Assembly (NCBI GenBank): GCA_040877285.1
Contig: JBBDNZ010000207.1
Coordinates: 1-52,821, forward strand
DNA: 52,821 nucleotides
DNA from: Xanthobacteraceae bacterium
Lineage (GTDB): Bacteria; Pseudomonadota; Alphaproteobacteria; Rhizobiales; Xanthobacteraceae
Reading direction: 5' to 3'
The translations under genes and the position numbers were made by a program. The stretch's first letter is position 1. Each line of letters starts with the position of its first letter. Shown in pieces: positions 8,967 to 17,842 of the stretch. The notes below the pieces were generated by a model. The model searched no databases. It had not been told where the DNA came from and saw nothing but the letters and a program-made list of their open reading frames with translations.

Positions 8967-9524
8967 TTGAACATGCATGTACCGCTGAGCGGTTTCCCGG
9001 CTCTGGTGCTCAACGCGGATTTCCGTCCGCTGAGCTACTACCCTCTTTCGCTGTGGTCGTGGCAGGACGCCATCAAGGCGGTTTTCCTGGAGCGCGTGAA
9101 CATCATCGCCAACTACGACCGCGCCGTGCACAGCCCGAGCTTCGAAATGAAGCTGCCGAGCGTGGTGTCGCTGAAAACCTTCGTGAAGCCTTCGACGCAT
9201 CCCGCCTTCACGCGGTTCAACGTATTTTTACGCGACCGTTTTTCCTGCCAATATTGCGGCGAGCGCGACGACCTCACCTTCGATCATCTGCTGCCGCGCT
9301 CGCGCGGCGGGCATACGACCTGGATCAACGTGGTTGCCGCCTGCTCGGGCTGCAATCTGCGCAAGGCCAACAAGACCATGGACGAAGCGGCGATGTATCC
9401 CTCGCAGATGCCGTTCCAGCCGAGCGTGCAGCATCTCCACCGCAACGGCCGGCTCTTTCCGCCCAACTATCTGCACGAGAGCTGGCTCGACTATCTCTAT
9501 TGGGACACCGAGCTGGAACCCTGA
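8967..9524 (+). CDS. HNH endonuclease (stand-alone, about 185 aa)
   Basis: CQYCG ... DHLLPRSRGGHTTWINVVAACSGCNLRKAN is an HNH/Cys-box motif. The TTG at 8967 lies 7 nt after GAAGGAG; an ATG at 8973 is an alternative start. Confidence 0.85.
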   Translation: MNMHVPLSGFPALVLNADFRPLSYYPLSLWSWQDAIKAVFLERVNIIANYDRAVHSPSFEMKLPSVVSLKTFVKPSTHPAFTRFNVFLRDRFSCQYCGERDDLTFDHLLPRSRGGHTTWINVVAACSGCNLRKANKTMDEAAMYPSQMPFQPSVQHLHRNGRLFPPNYLHESWLDYLYWDTELEP

Positions 9525-10042
9525 CGCCGAAGCGTCAGCGCGCCCGCCGCGGCGATGGCCGCCAGCGCCAGCGAGATCAGGACATTCCAGCCCGCCAGCG
9601 ACAGGCCGAGGAAACGCCAGGCCGCTTCGTCGCAGCGCACGATGCGCACCGACTGCACGCGCTCCAGTAGATTTGTCCCCGGGCCGAAGTCGCCGAGCGC
9701 GGCGCCGCATGACTGCGGCCCGGGCCACCATTTCCATTCCACCCCCGCGTGATAGGCGGCAAGCCCGGCGCTCCCCAGCATCGTCACCGCGATGGCCGCA
9801 AGGCCCAGGGCGAGAAGCTGGCGCGGCCACCTTGCCAAGGCGCCGACGGCGACGGCCACCGCGAGCGGGATCGCGACGTAATAGGGGATGCGCTGTTGCA
9901 GGCAGAGCGGACAGGGCGGATAGCCGAGCACGTATTGGAAAAACCAAGCGCCGAGGATTGTCGCCATGCCGCCGAGCGCGACGGCAATGGCCGCCGTTGC
10001 AACAGGCTCGTCACGGATCAAGTCTTGCACCGTTGCGCGCAT
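9497..10042 (-). CDS. dsbB: disulfide bond formation protein B family
   Basis: Four predicted TM helices, a CPLC motif (YPPCPLCLQQRIPYY) and a second Cys pair in the later periplasmic loop. The 3' end overlaps the convergent HNH gene by 28 nt. Confidence 0.75.
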   Translation of the reverse strand: MRATVQDLIRDEPVATAAIAVALGGMATILGAWFFQYVLGYPPCPLCLQQRIPYYVAIPLAVAVAVGALARWPRQLLALGLAAIAVTMLGSAGLAAYHAGVEWKWWPGPQSCGAALGDFGPGTNLLERVQSVRIVRCDEAAWRFLGLSLAGWNVLISLALAAIAAAGALTLRRQGSSSVSQ

Positions 10043-10102
10043 ATCTCCTCACCGAGGCCCGGCATAGCGCCGCCCCGCCCTTGTGTCGATGCCGCTCAGG
10101 CG

Positions 10103-10130
10103 TTGACCTCGGGCGGCCCCCCGGTATGAT
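10103..10130 (+). promoter_or_regulatory. sigma70-type promoter for tRNA-Leu
   Basis: TTGACC (10103-10108), a 16-nt spacer, then TATGAT (10125-10130). This places the transcription start a few nt before the tRNA 5' end at 10141. Confidence 0.55.
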
Positions 10131-10140
10131 CCGCCCCCTT

Positions 10141-10225
10141 GCCCCTGTGGCGGAATTGGTAGACGCGCCTGACTCAAAATCAGGTGATGCAAATCGTGCT
10201 GGTTCGAGTCCGGCCAGGGGCACCA
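10141..10225 (+). tRNA. tRNA-Leu (anticodon CAA), encoded CCA end
   Basis: Acceptor stem GCCCCTG/CAGGGGC, anticodon arm CCTGA-CTCAAAA-TCAGG, long variable arm, T-loop GGTTCGAGTCC and a 3' ACCA. Length 85 nt. Confidence 0.9.
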
Positions 10226-10264
10226 CCGCTTAAATTCATCGTGAAATTGATAACGGCGGCGCCT

Positions 10265-10945
10265 TTACCGGCACACGGCGCGGGTGACGAAGGACTCGAC
10301 CTCGCACTCGCCCGGCGCCGGTGAGCGACCGGAAAGCCAAATTCGCGCTGGACATTTCTGCGCCGATTGGATGTCCAAGCTGGTGCCGGAGTCGAAGCCC
10401 TCGCGGCGGCAGATCGCATTGGCGGCAGCGCGGCAATCGGGCGCGCCGTTGGGGGCCACGGCGCAGCGCTCGCGCGCGTCGAAAACCCGCGTTCCGGGCA
10501 GCCGCGCGACGGTATCCGCTGCATTCTTGGCCGCGCCCCTGGCGACGTTGGCCGCGCCCTTGGCGGCACCCTTGGCGGCATCGGTGGCGCTCTTGGCCGC
10601 ATCCTTTGCGACTTCGGCCGCGTCCTTGGCCGCTCCTTCGGCGCGGCCGCCTAAATTACCGAGCTTATCGCCGGCGCCTTGAATGCCGGACTTGAAGAGA
10701 TCGAAGGAATCCTGGAACCACCGGCCGACGCTTTTGAACATGCCGGGCTCGTCGCCGCGCGCGGTTTCCGGCGGGGCCGCTCGTTGTTGCGTGCCTTGCT
10801 GGGCGGGCGGAGAGACCTCGAGCGGCGCCTCCTGCGCGATCGCAGCGACCGTCAAAAACAACGCAACAGCGGCCGCTGCCGGTGTTACGGCGATACCGCG
10901 TCGCTTCCGGCCGGTTAGTTCCGTTGGTCCGTTGCAGCTCGTCAT
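10265..10945 (-). CDS. secreted hypothetical protein with Ala/Lys repeats and a Cys-rich C-terminal domain
   Basis: Start trimmed to MTSCNG. Signal-like RKRRGIAVTPAAAAVALFLTVAAIAQEAP, the repeat tract AAKDAAEVAKDAAKSATDAAKGAAKGAANVARGAAKNAAD, and six Cys in the last roughly 75 aa. Confidence 0.55.
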   Translation of the reverse strand: MTSCNGPTELTGRKRRGIAVTPAAAAVALFLTVAAIAQEAPLEVSPPAQQGTQQRAAPPETARGDEPGMFKSVGRWFQDSFDLFKSGIQGAGDKLGNLGGRAEGAAKDAAEVAKDAAKSATDAAKGAAKGAANVARGAAKNAADTVARLPGTRVFDARERCAVAPNGAPDCRAAANAICRREGFDSGTSLDIQSAQKCPARIWLSGRSPAPGECEVESFVTRAVCR

Positions 10946-11057
10946 GGCGTTCCCGCTGATGTCACGGAGGCGCCGCCACAGCCCGTATCTTGCATTGTAC
11001 AACTTTGTGCCGCTTCCGTGGCAATTTTGAGGAAGGCCGCAGGGCAGCCCACCTACT

Positions 11058-11639
11058 CTAAAAAATATATACCGCGGCGATGATCCCTGCGACCAGAACG
11101 ATCGCCCCCACGGTCACCCAAAATTCCAGCCGTTCCTCCAATATGGCGCGGGCCCTGGTGCCATAGCGGCTGAGCAGGAAGGCGACGAAATAAAAGCGCA
11201 TGCCGCGCGCGATAAAAGATAGCAATATGAAAGGCAGGATTGGATAGTTGGTAAAACCGGAAGCGATGGTCACGATCTTGTAGGGAATGGGCGTCATGCC
11301 CTTGAGCACGATGATCCAGGCACCCCATTCCCTATAGGCCTCGCGGAAGGCTTCGATCTTGGAGCCGTAGCCGTAGAGCTGCATCAGCCACAGGCCCAAT
11401 GAATCGTAGAGATAGGCGCCGATGAAATAGCCAAGCAGCCCGCCGGCCACCGAGGTCACCGTACAAAGCGTGGCATAAAAATAGGCCCGGTCGGGCCGGG
11501 CGAGCGACATGGGAATCAGCATCACGTCCGGCGGCACGGGAAAGAACGAGCTTTCCACAAACGACACGGTGCCCATTATCCAGGAGGCGTGCGGCTTGCC
11601 CGCGGCGGCGATGCACCAATTGTAGAGGCAGCGTATCAT
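11058..11639 (-). CDS. YqaA/DedA-superfamily membrane protein
   Basis: VSFVESSFFPVPPDVMLIPM plus the polytopic profile are typical of YqaA-type (VTT/SNARE-associated domain) proteins. Confidence 0.75.
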   Translation of the reverse strand: MIRCLYNWCIAAAGKPHASWIMGTVSFVESSFFPVPPDVMLIPMSLARPDRAYFYATLCTVTSVAGGLLGYFIGAYLYDSLGLWLMQLYGYGSKIEAFREAYREWGAWIIVLKGMTPIPYKIVTIASGFTNYPILPFILLSFIARGMRFYFVAFLLSRYGTRARAILEERLEFWVTVGAIVLVAGIIAAVYIF

Positions 11640-11724
11640 GGAGGCGCCTGCTTAGCGGCGCAGGCAGGCCGTGTCTATCGGGCCGTGTCTATGATGTCAG
11701 ACGCTTGGCCGTGGGCGCAGCGGC

Positions 11725-12108
11725 TCAATGCCGCTTGCGGAACCGGCGGCTTTCGAGGGCGACGACCTTGCGCCTGGGCGCGGGGAGCGATTGCATCTTC
11801 TTCGGCAGCTTTTCGGCGATGCCCATGAGCTGCTCGCGCCGGGCCATTTCATCCCAGACATCCTGCGGCCGCACCCCGGCGGAAACCCAAAGCACGACGA
11901 GATTGTAGATAAGATCGGCGCTCTCGCGCACCACCGCGTCGGTGTGGCCGTGCATGGCGTCGATCACGACCTCGACCGCTTCCTCCGCCAGCTTCTTCGC
12001 CATTTTCGACCGCCCGGACCGCAGCAGCCGCGCGGTTCGCGATACGTCCGGGTCGGCGCCGCGCGCCGCCAGGACGGCTTCGTAAAGGCGGGTCATCGAA
12101 TCACTCAT
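11725..12108 (-). CDS. hisE: phosphoribosyl-ATP pyrophosphohydrolase with a basic C-terminal extension
   Basis: SRTARLLRSGRSKMAKKLAEEAVEVVIDA ... ESADLIYNLVVLW matches the HisE/MazG-like core. AAGGTGG lies 5 nt upstream of the ATG at 12108. Confidence 0.8.
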   Translation of the reverse strand: MSDSMTRLYEAVLAARGADPDVSRTARLLRSGRSKMAKKLAEEAVEVVIDAMHGHTDAVVRESADLIYNLVVLWVSAGVRPQDVWDEMARREQLMGIAEKLPKKMQSLPAPRRKVVALESRRFRKRH

Positions 12109-12220
12109 GCGGCCACCTTAGCGCGAAGTCGCGCCTTTTTCGTTAATGAGACGCTAAGCCGCGCGCCTACAGCCAATGCCGCCAGGGCCAAGGAGGTGCA
12201 ATGAGGACCAGTGAAAAAGG

Positions 12221-12508
12221 TTAACGGCGCTCTCGCCGCCGGCGCAGCCGGTCGCAAAGCTCAGCCCAGTTCGTCCGCTCCGGACGCTTCATGTTGAAGT
12301 CGTAGTTGCGATGGCGCGGGACGTAATAGGCATAGGGCGGCGCCTCATAGGGCCGCCCGTAATATCTGAAATACTCCTTGCGGCGGCGGTCCCCGGCGGC
12401 GATGGCGGCGATCGTTCCGAGCGCGTTCGCGAAGGCGGCGATGGCAGCTGCATTGCCGTTGTGGCGTCGAAAGACTGCGGGGGTAATTGCGGCAAAATAG
12501 GCGCGCAA
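12221..12508 (-). CDS. hypothetical small protein (hydrophobic N-terminal part, Tyr/Arg-rich C-terminal part)
   Basis: TTG start only and no family recognised. My hand count of third codon positions is strongly G/C-biased (about three quarters), which favours real coding in this frame. Confidence 0.35.
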   Translation of the reverse strand: MRAYFAAITPAVFRRHNGNAAAIAAFANALGTIAAIAAGDRRRKEYFRYYGRPYEAPPYAYYVPRHRNYDFNMKRPERTNWAELCDRLRRRRERR

Positions 12509-12660
12509 AGCATGATCTTTTCGTTAGGAAGCAGCGCAGCAAAAATGCCGGGTGACGCCGCCATTAGGGATGCCCACGGCAAATTTCGCATTCGGTCTTG
12601 CTCTTTGCATTGCCATGATCTTTTGTGAATCCTGCTCTGGGGGAGCGGGAAGGAAAAGTC

Positions 12661-13704
12661 ATGGGCTTGCGCCGCCTAGCACCCGTTTGCGCAGGTTTTG
12701 CCGCCGTAGCTGCCGTTTCGGTCACGCTCGCCGGCAGCGCGGTTGCGGCGCAAACAGCGGTCAAGGTCGCGCTTGAAGGTAGCTTCTTAGGGCCGTCGGC
12801 TCCTTTTTTTGTGGCGCAGGATCGCGGTTACTACCGCAACGCCAGACTTGATGTCGCGATAAATGCGGCGACCGACGCGCTGAATCGCGTCGCTTCCGGC
12901 GATGCCGAATTCACGGTCGCCGACATCAACACGGTCATGAAGTACCGCGACCAGAATCCGGACGCGCCGATCAAGGCGGTCTTCATGATCTACAACAAGC
13001 CGTCTTACGCCATTATCGCGCGCAAGAGCCGCGGCATAGCCAAGCCCAAAGATCTCGAAGGCAAGAGGCTGGGTGCGCCCGACGACGACCCCGTCACCGC
13101 GTTATGGCCGCTCTTCGCCAAGCTTAACGGCATCGATGTTTCCAAGGTGAAGGTCGAGAATGTCGCCGTGGCAGTGCGTGAGCCTATACTCGCGGCCGGC
13201 CAGGTTGACGCCGTCACCGGCAGCGCGCTTTCCACCTACATTAGTCTCAAGGAACGCGGTGTGCCTGTTGCCGACCTGCTGATCTTGCCGATGGGCGATT
13301 ACGGCATGCAACTCTATGGCGATGCGATCGTCGTCAATACGAAATTCGCGTCGGAAAAGCCTGCCGCTGTGAAAGCATTTCTTATCGCCCACGTAAATGC
13401 ATTGAAGTCGACGATCCGGGATCCCGTGTACGCGGTTAATTCGCTGATCAAGCGAAATGAAGCGGCGAACAAGAATATCGAACTCGAACGCCTGCGCATG
13501 GCGATCGAGGACAACATCGTGACCGATGAGGTCCTGGAAAACGGATTTGGCGCTATTGACGCCGCCCGCTTCGCCAATGCGATCGAGCAGCTCGGACAGA
13601 CCTATAAGTTCAAGACGATGCCCGCACCGCCGGACGTCTTCGATGCGTCCTTCCTGCCGCCGGCCGCGCAACGGCAAGTCGGCGCACGGCCACGGCGGGG
13701 TTGA
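12661..13704 (+). CDS. ABC transporter substrate-binding protein, NMT1/SsuA/TauA-like (no partner transporter genes nearby)
   Basis: Start trimmed to MGLRRLAPVCAGFAAVAAVSVTLAGSAVAA (signal peptide). The overall pattern resembles nitrate/sulfonate/taurine-type binding proteins. Confidence 0.7.
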   Translation: MGLRRLAPVCAGFAAVAAVSVTLAGSAVAAQTAVKVALEGSFLGPSAPFFVAQDRGYYRNARLDVAINAATDALNRVASGDAEFTVADINTVMKYRDQNPDAPIKAVFMIYNKPSYAIIARKSRGIAKPKDLEGKRLGAPDDDPVTALWPLFAKLNGIDVSKVKVENVAVAVREPILAAGQVDAVTGSALSTYISLKERGVPVADLLILPMGDYGMQLYGDAIVVNTKFASEKPAAVKAFLIAHVNALKSTIRDPVYAVNSLIKRNEAANKNIELERLRMAIEDNIVTDEVLENGFGAIDAARFANAIEQLGQTYKFKTMPAPPDVFDASFLPPAAQRQVGARPRRG

Positions 13705-13855
13705 AGCTTCGCGGACTTACAGCGTTTACCTGGGCCAAGCCCCCAAAGACGGCGGGGCGGCCGATATTAGGCTTGTTTTCCGCCCAGCTTTGCCTTCCAA
13801 ACGCCGATCAACTTAAATAGAATAAAATGTCCGTGGCACCTTAAGAGTTCCCGGA

Positions 13856-15247
13856 GTGAGAAAATTAACTGGGCGGCGACACGTGGTCTCTCGTGCAAAA
13901 TTCCTGATTGACGTCATGTTTTTCGGCGGCACGAGCCTGGCCGCGGTGATGCTTGGCGCTGCGCCCGCCTCCGCCGACGCGCTCCTGCTGCTGGAAGCAG
14001 AAAGCGGTAAAGTGCTGCATGCCGAGAATGCCGCTTACCCGTGGTATCCGGCCTCTCTCACCAAGCTTATGACCCTCTATGTCACGCTCCAGGCGATAGA
14101 TGAGGGCCGGTTCACACCCGACACGCTGGTCACCGTTTCGGCGAAGGCGGCCACACAGGCGCCGGCAAAGATGGGTTTCCAGGCGGGGTCCAAGGTCACC
14201 ATCGATAATGCGCTGAAAATGCTGATGGTAAAATCGGCCAACGATATGGCGGTGACACTCGCCGAAGGCGTCTCCGGTTCGGTCGAAGCTTTTTCCGACG
14301 AGATGAATGCAACCGCGCAGCGCCTGGGGATGGTGCAATCAATCTTCGTAAATCCGAACGGTCTTCCCGCCGATAATCAGATCAGTTCGGCGCGCGATCT
14401 CGGCATCTTGGCGCGCGCGCTGATTCACGATTTCCCGGAATACGAATTCTATTGGCATCTCCCCGGGATCAAGTACGGCAAACGGGTGACGCGCAATTAC
14501 AATAAGCTGTTGGGGCGCTACCCCGGCGCCGACGGCATGAAGACCGGCTATATCTGCGCCTCCGGATTCAACCTGGTTGCCACGGCTACGCGGAATGGAA
14601 AACAGTTGATCGCGGTGGTGCTTGGCGCGCCTTCTTCTTCGGCGCGCGCGGCAAAAGCCACGCAACTGCTGGAGCGCGGATTCAACGGTGGCGGCCTGGC
14701 GTGGCTGACACCTTCGCTCGGCACCGTGAACGCGTTGACGCCGATTGCCGCCGCTCCGCCGAATCTGCGCGAGGAGATGTGTGGCGGCCACCGCCGCCGG
14801 CCCGCCGCCGAGAACGAAGACGACTCCGAGGACGTCGTGGTCTCCAACGGAGAGTCCAGCCGGCCTTCGGTGATGTTGTCGGCCCTGCAAGCGCCTATGG
14901 GTAAATCCCTCACGCTGGCGGACCTGCCGCGCGGTGATACCGAGCCGGTCGAAGTCTATGCCGGCCCGCCGAAGAAGCCATCACGGGCGGAATTGATCGC
15001 GATCGCCAAGGCTAACAGGACCGTCGGCGCGCCCAAAGCAGTGGCGCTCAAGCCGGCACCGATCGTGACGGGATCCACCGGCCCTGCAGCGAAAGTGACA
15101 GTGACCGACGCCGCGCGCTGGACCAGCCTGACCCCAACGCCGATGGCTACCGTGGCGCCTATGTCCATGGCGGCCGTCGTGCCGGAGACCCCTGCCGCCG
15201 TGCCGCTTCCGCGGGCCCGGCCGAAGATCAAGACCCAAAAACGCTGA
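13856..15247 (+). CDS. D-alanyl-D-alanine carboxypeptidase (peptidase S11, PBP5-like) with a long Pro/Ala-rich C-terminal region
   Basis: GTG start. Active-site motifs are SLTKLMT (SxxK), SAND (SxN) and KTGY (KTG). Confidence 0.85.
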   Translation: MRKLTGRRHVVSRAKFLIDVMFFGGTSLAAVMLGAAPASADALLLLEAESGKVLHAENAAYPWYPASLTKLMTLYVTLQAIDEGRFTPDTLVTVSAKAATQAPAKMGFQAGSKVTIDNALKMLMVKSANDMAVTLAEGVSGSVEAFSDEMNATAQRLGMVQSIFVNPNGLPADNQISSARDLGILARALIHDFPEYEFYWHLPGIKYGKRVTRNYNKLLGRYPGADGMKTGYICASGFNLVATATRNGKQLIAVVLGAPSSSARAAKATQLLERGFNGGGLAWLTPSLGTVNALTPIAAAPPNLREEMCGGHRRRPAAENEDDSEDVVVSNGESSRPSVMLSALQAPMGKSLTLADLPRGDTEPVEVYAGPPKKPSRAELIAIAKANRTVGAPKAVALKPAPIVTGSTGPAAKVTVTDAARWTSLTPTPMATVAPMSMAAVVPETPAAVPLPRARPKIKTQKR

Positions 15248-15382
15248 CGCGCTTCGCGGCCGCCCCGTAATGCGGTGGGAAGCGCTCGGGGCCCTTGCCA
15301 CGCCGGAACGACTCCCGGATGTTACTCTCGTTGGCGCAGCTTGCGCCGATCGGCGTCGGACGCGGCCGTCTGCGGGGCAGGC

Positions 15383-17182
15383 ATGGGGTTTCTCAAGCAG
15401 GTCAGGAACGACATCGTCTTTCTCCGCGGCGCTCTGCGCGGACTGCGGCTGACGACGCCGATCGCGAAGAATCCGTCGCGGGTATTTCCCCAGCTTTTCG
15501 ATGAACTCGCCGGCCGGTTCGGCGACGCCCCCGCCCTCCTCGGCGAACGCGAGAGCTTCAGCTACCGGGCGCTCGCGGAGCGTTCCAACCGCTACGCACG
15601 CTGGGCGCTCAGCCAGGGCATCGGCAGAAGCGATACGGTTTGCCTGCTGATGCCGAACCGGCCGGAATACATGGCGATCTGGCTCGGGATCACGCGCGTC
15701 GGCGGCGTCGTGGCGCTGCTCAACATCAATCTCGTCGGGCCATCGCTCGCCTATTGCATCGATATCGTCGACGCGAAGCACATCATTGTCGCCGCCGAGC
15801 TGTTCGATCTGCTGGCGAAGACCCAGCCGCTGCTCAAGTTCCAGCCAAAGGTCTGGCTGCATGGCGACGGCGGCGCCGATCATCCGCGCCTCGACCGCGA
15901 GGTTGAAATCTTCTCGGGCGACGCGCTCAACGCTTCCGAGCGGCCGTTGCTCAACATCAACGACCGGGCGCTCTATATCTACACTTCCGGCACCACCGGG
16001 CGGCCCAAAGCGGCAAACGTCAACCACTATCGCGTGATGCTGGCGAGCCATGGCTTCGCCGGCGTGATGAACACGCAGTCGACCGACCGCATGTACAATT
16101 GCCTGCCGATGTATCATACGGTTGGCGGCGTATGCACGACGGGGTCTCTGCTGATCAAGGGCGGAACAGTCGTGATCCGGGAAAAATTCTCCGCCCGCGA
16201 GTTCTGGGACGACGTGGTGCGCTCGGACTGCACGCTGTTCCAATATATCGGCGAGCTTTGCCGCTATCTCCTGAATACGCCGCCCAATCCGAACGAGACC
16301 CGGCATCGCCTGCGCCTCGCCTGCGGCAACGGCTTGCGACCCGACGTGTGGGAGGAATTCAAGCGGCGCTTCCGCATCCCGCACATCATCGAGTTCTACG
16401 CGGCGACCGAGGGCAACGTCAGTTTGTTCAATTTTGAGGGAAAAACCGGCGCCGTAGGGCGGGTGCCCTGGTTCCTCGCGCATCGCTTCCCCACCGCCAT
16501 CGTGCAATACGACGTCGAAAAGGAGCAGCCCATGCGCAACGCCGAGGGTTTCTGCATCCCTTGCGCGCCCGATAAAGTGGGCGAGGTGATCGGCAAGATC
16601 GTCCAAGACCCGGCGCGGCCTGCGAGCCGCTTCGAGGGATATGCCAACCGCGCCGAGGAAGAGAAAAAAGTTCTGCATGACGTGTTCGAGCGCGGCGATG
16701 CCTGGTTCCGCACCGGCGACCTCATGCGCAAGGACGAAAATGGATATTTCTACTTCGTCGATCGCATCGGCGACACCTTCCGCTGGAAGGGCGAAAACGT
16801 TTCAACCACCGAGGTCGCCGAAACCATCAATGCCTTTCCGGGCGTGCTGGAAACAAACGTCTATGGCGTGCAAATTCAGGGAAGGGAGGGACGCGCCGGC
16901 ATGGCCGCACTGGTGTGCGAGCGCCCTCTCGACCTCGACAGCTTCCATAAATACCTTGTGCAGAATCTTCCCGACTATGCGCGTCCCCTATTCCTGCGCA
17001 TCATGGGCGAGATCGAGGTCACCGCGACCTTCAAACAGAAGAAGGTAGACCTCGCACGCCAGGGATTCGACCCGACGCAGATTTCGGACGCGCTTTATTT
17101 TAACGATCCCGCTCAGAAAACCTTCGTGCGGCTCGACAAGGCGCTCTACGACCGCATCCAAAGCGGACAAGTGAGGTTGTGA
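15383..17182 (+). CDS. long-chain acyl-CoA synthetase, FATP-like
   Basis: Start trimmed to MGFLKQVRNDIVFLRG. AMP-binding motifs YIYTSGTTGRPKAANV, TGDLMRKDENGYFYFVDRIGDTFRWKGENVST and TATFKQKK are present. Confidence 0.85.
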   Translation: MGFLKQVRNDIVFLRGALRGLRLTTPIAKNPSRVFPQLFDELAGRFGDAPALLGERESFSYRALAERSNRYARWALSQGIGRSDTVCLLMPNRPEYMAIWLGITRVGGVVALLNINLVGPSLAYCIDIVDAKHIIVAAELFDLLAKTQPLLKFQPKVWLHGDGGADHPRLDREVEIFSGDALNASERPLLNINDRALYIYTSGTTGRPKAANVNHYRVMLASHGFAGVMNTQSTDRMYNCLPMYHTVGGVCTTGSLLIKGGTVVIREKFSAREFWDDVVRSDCTLFQYIGELCRYLLNTPPNPNETRHRLRLACGNGLRPDVWEEFKRRFRIPHIIEFYAATEGNVSLFNFEGKTGAVGRVPWFLAHRFPTAIVQYDVEKEQPMRNAEGFCIPCAPDKVGEVIGKIVQDPARPASRFEGYANRAEEEKKVLHDVFERGDAWFRTGDLMRKDENGYFYFVDRIGDTFRWKGENVSTTEVAETINAFPGVLETNVYGVQIQGREGRAGMAALVCERPLDLDSFHKYLVQNLPDYARPLFLRIMGEIEVTATFKQKKVDLARQGFDPTQISDALYFNDPAQKTFVRLDKALYDRIQSGQVRL

Positions 17183-17201
17183 TGCCGCGGGAGCGTGGCG
17201 C

Positions 17202-17750
17202 GTGAACGAGACCGCCTCACCGGAATCCATTCTCGCCTTCTGGTTCGAAGCCGGGCCGAAGAAATGGTTCACCAAGGACGCCGCGTTCGACGCCGAAATC
17301 CGCGAAAAATTCCGGCCGACCTATGAGGCGGCGGCTCAAGGCCAACTCGCCGGCCGGGAAGCGACGGCGGAAGGGGCGCTTGCCCTGACCATCGTGCTCG
17401 ACCAATTCCCACGCAATATTTTTCGCGGCTCGCCGCGCGCTTTCGCGACGGATGCATTGGCGCGCGGCGTTGCCGATCGCGCCATTACGCGCGGTTTCGA
17501 CAGGCAGATGGAATTGCCGAAGCGCAATTTTTTCTATCTGCCGTTCATGCATTCCGAAAATCTTGCCGATCAGGAACGCTGCATCGATCTATGCCGGCAA
17601 GCCGGCGACGAGAACACGCTGAAATACGCCGAGCTGCACGCCGACATCATCCGCCGCTTCGGCCGTTTCCCGCATCGCAATGCCGTTCTCGGCCGCACCA
17701 CCACCCCCGAGGAGCAGGCCTTCCTCGACGGCGGTGGCTTTGCCGGCTGA
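17202..17750 (+). CDS. DUF924 family protein
   Basis: GTG start 19 nt after the synthetase stop. ILAFWFEAGPKKWFTKDAAFDAEIREKF and LDQFPRNIFRG are DUF924 signatures. Confidence 0.8.
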   Translation: MNETASPESILAFWFEAGPKKWFTKDAAFDAEIREKFRPTYEAAAQGQLAGREATAEGALALTIVLDQFPRNIFRGSPRAFATDALARGVADRAITRGFDRQMELPKRNFFYLPFMHSENLADQERCIDLCRQAGDENTLKYAELHADIIRRFGRFPHRNAVLGRTTTPEEQAFLDGGGFAG

Positions 17751-17842
17751 AAACGGGTGAGCCCGCCACGCCCCACTCATCCATATCGCCACAAAAAAAT
17801 AACCAATCGCTGGCATGCTGCGGGCAAATTGCCGGAACCAAA

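Noticed and set aside
9334-10233. 299-aa plus-strand ORF covering the HNH 3' end, the dsbB antisense strand and the tRNA
   Set aside because: It reads straight through a tRNA gene, and its composition is Arg/Pro/Ala low complexity. It is not credible as a protein.
10141-11002. Possible genomic island integrated at tRNA-Leu
   Set aside because: There is no integrase, no direct repeat of the tRNA 3' end and no compositional break that I can see. The neighbouring genes look like ordinary chromosomal genes.
12201-12224. 7-codon mini-ORF (MRTSEKG) with a perfect AAGGAGG SD 5 nt upstream
   Set aside because: It is too short to evaluate, overlaps the stop codon of the opposite-strand ORF, and has no downstream gene it could regulate as a leader peptide. 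It is most likely chance.
14981-16678. 565-aa ORF antisense to the acyl-CoA synthetase gene
   Set aside because: It is Arg/Gly/Asp/His-rich with no recognisable motifs, and it lies exactly opposite a gene with clear AMP-binding motifs. This is a typical shadow ORF of a GC-rich genome.
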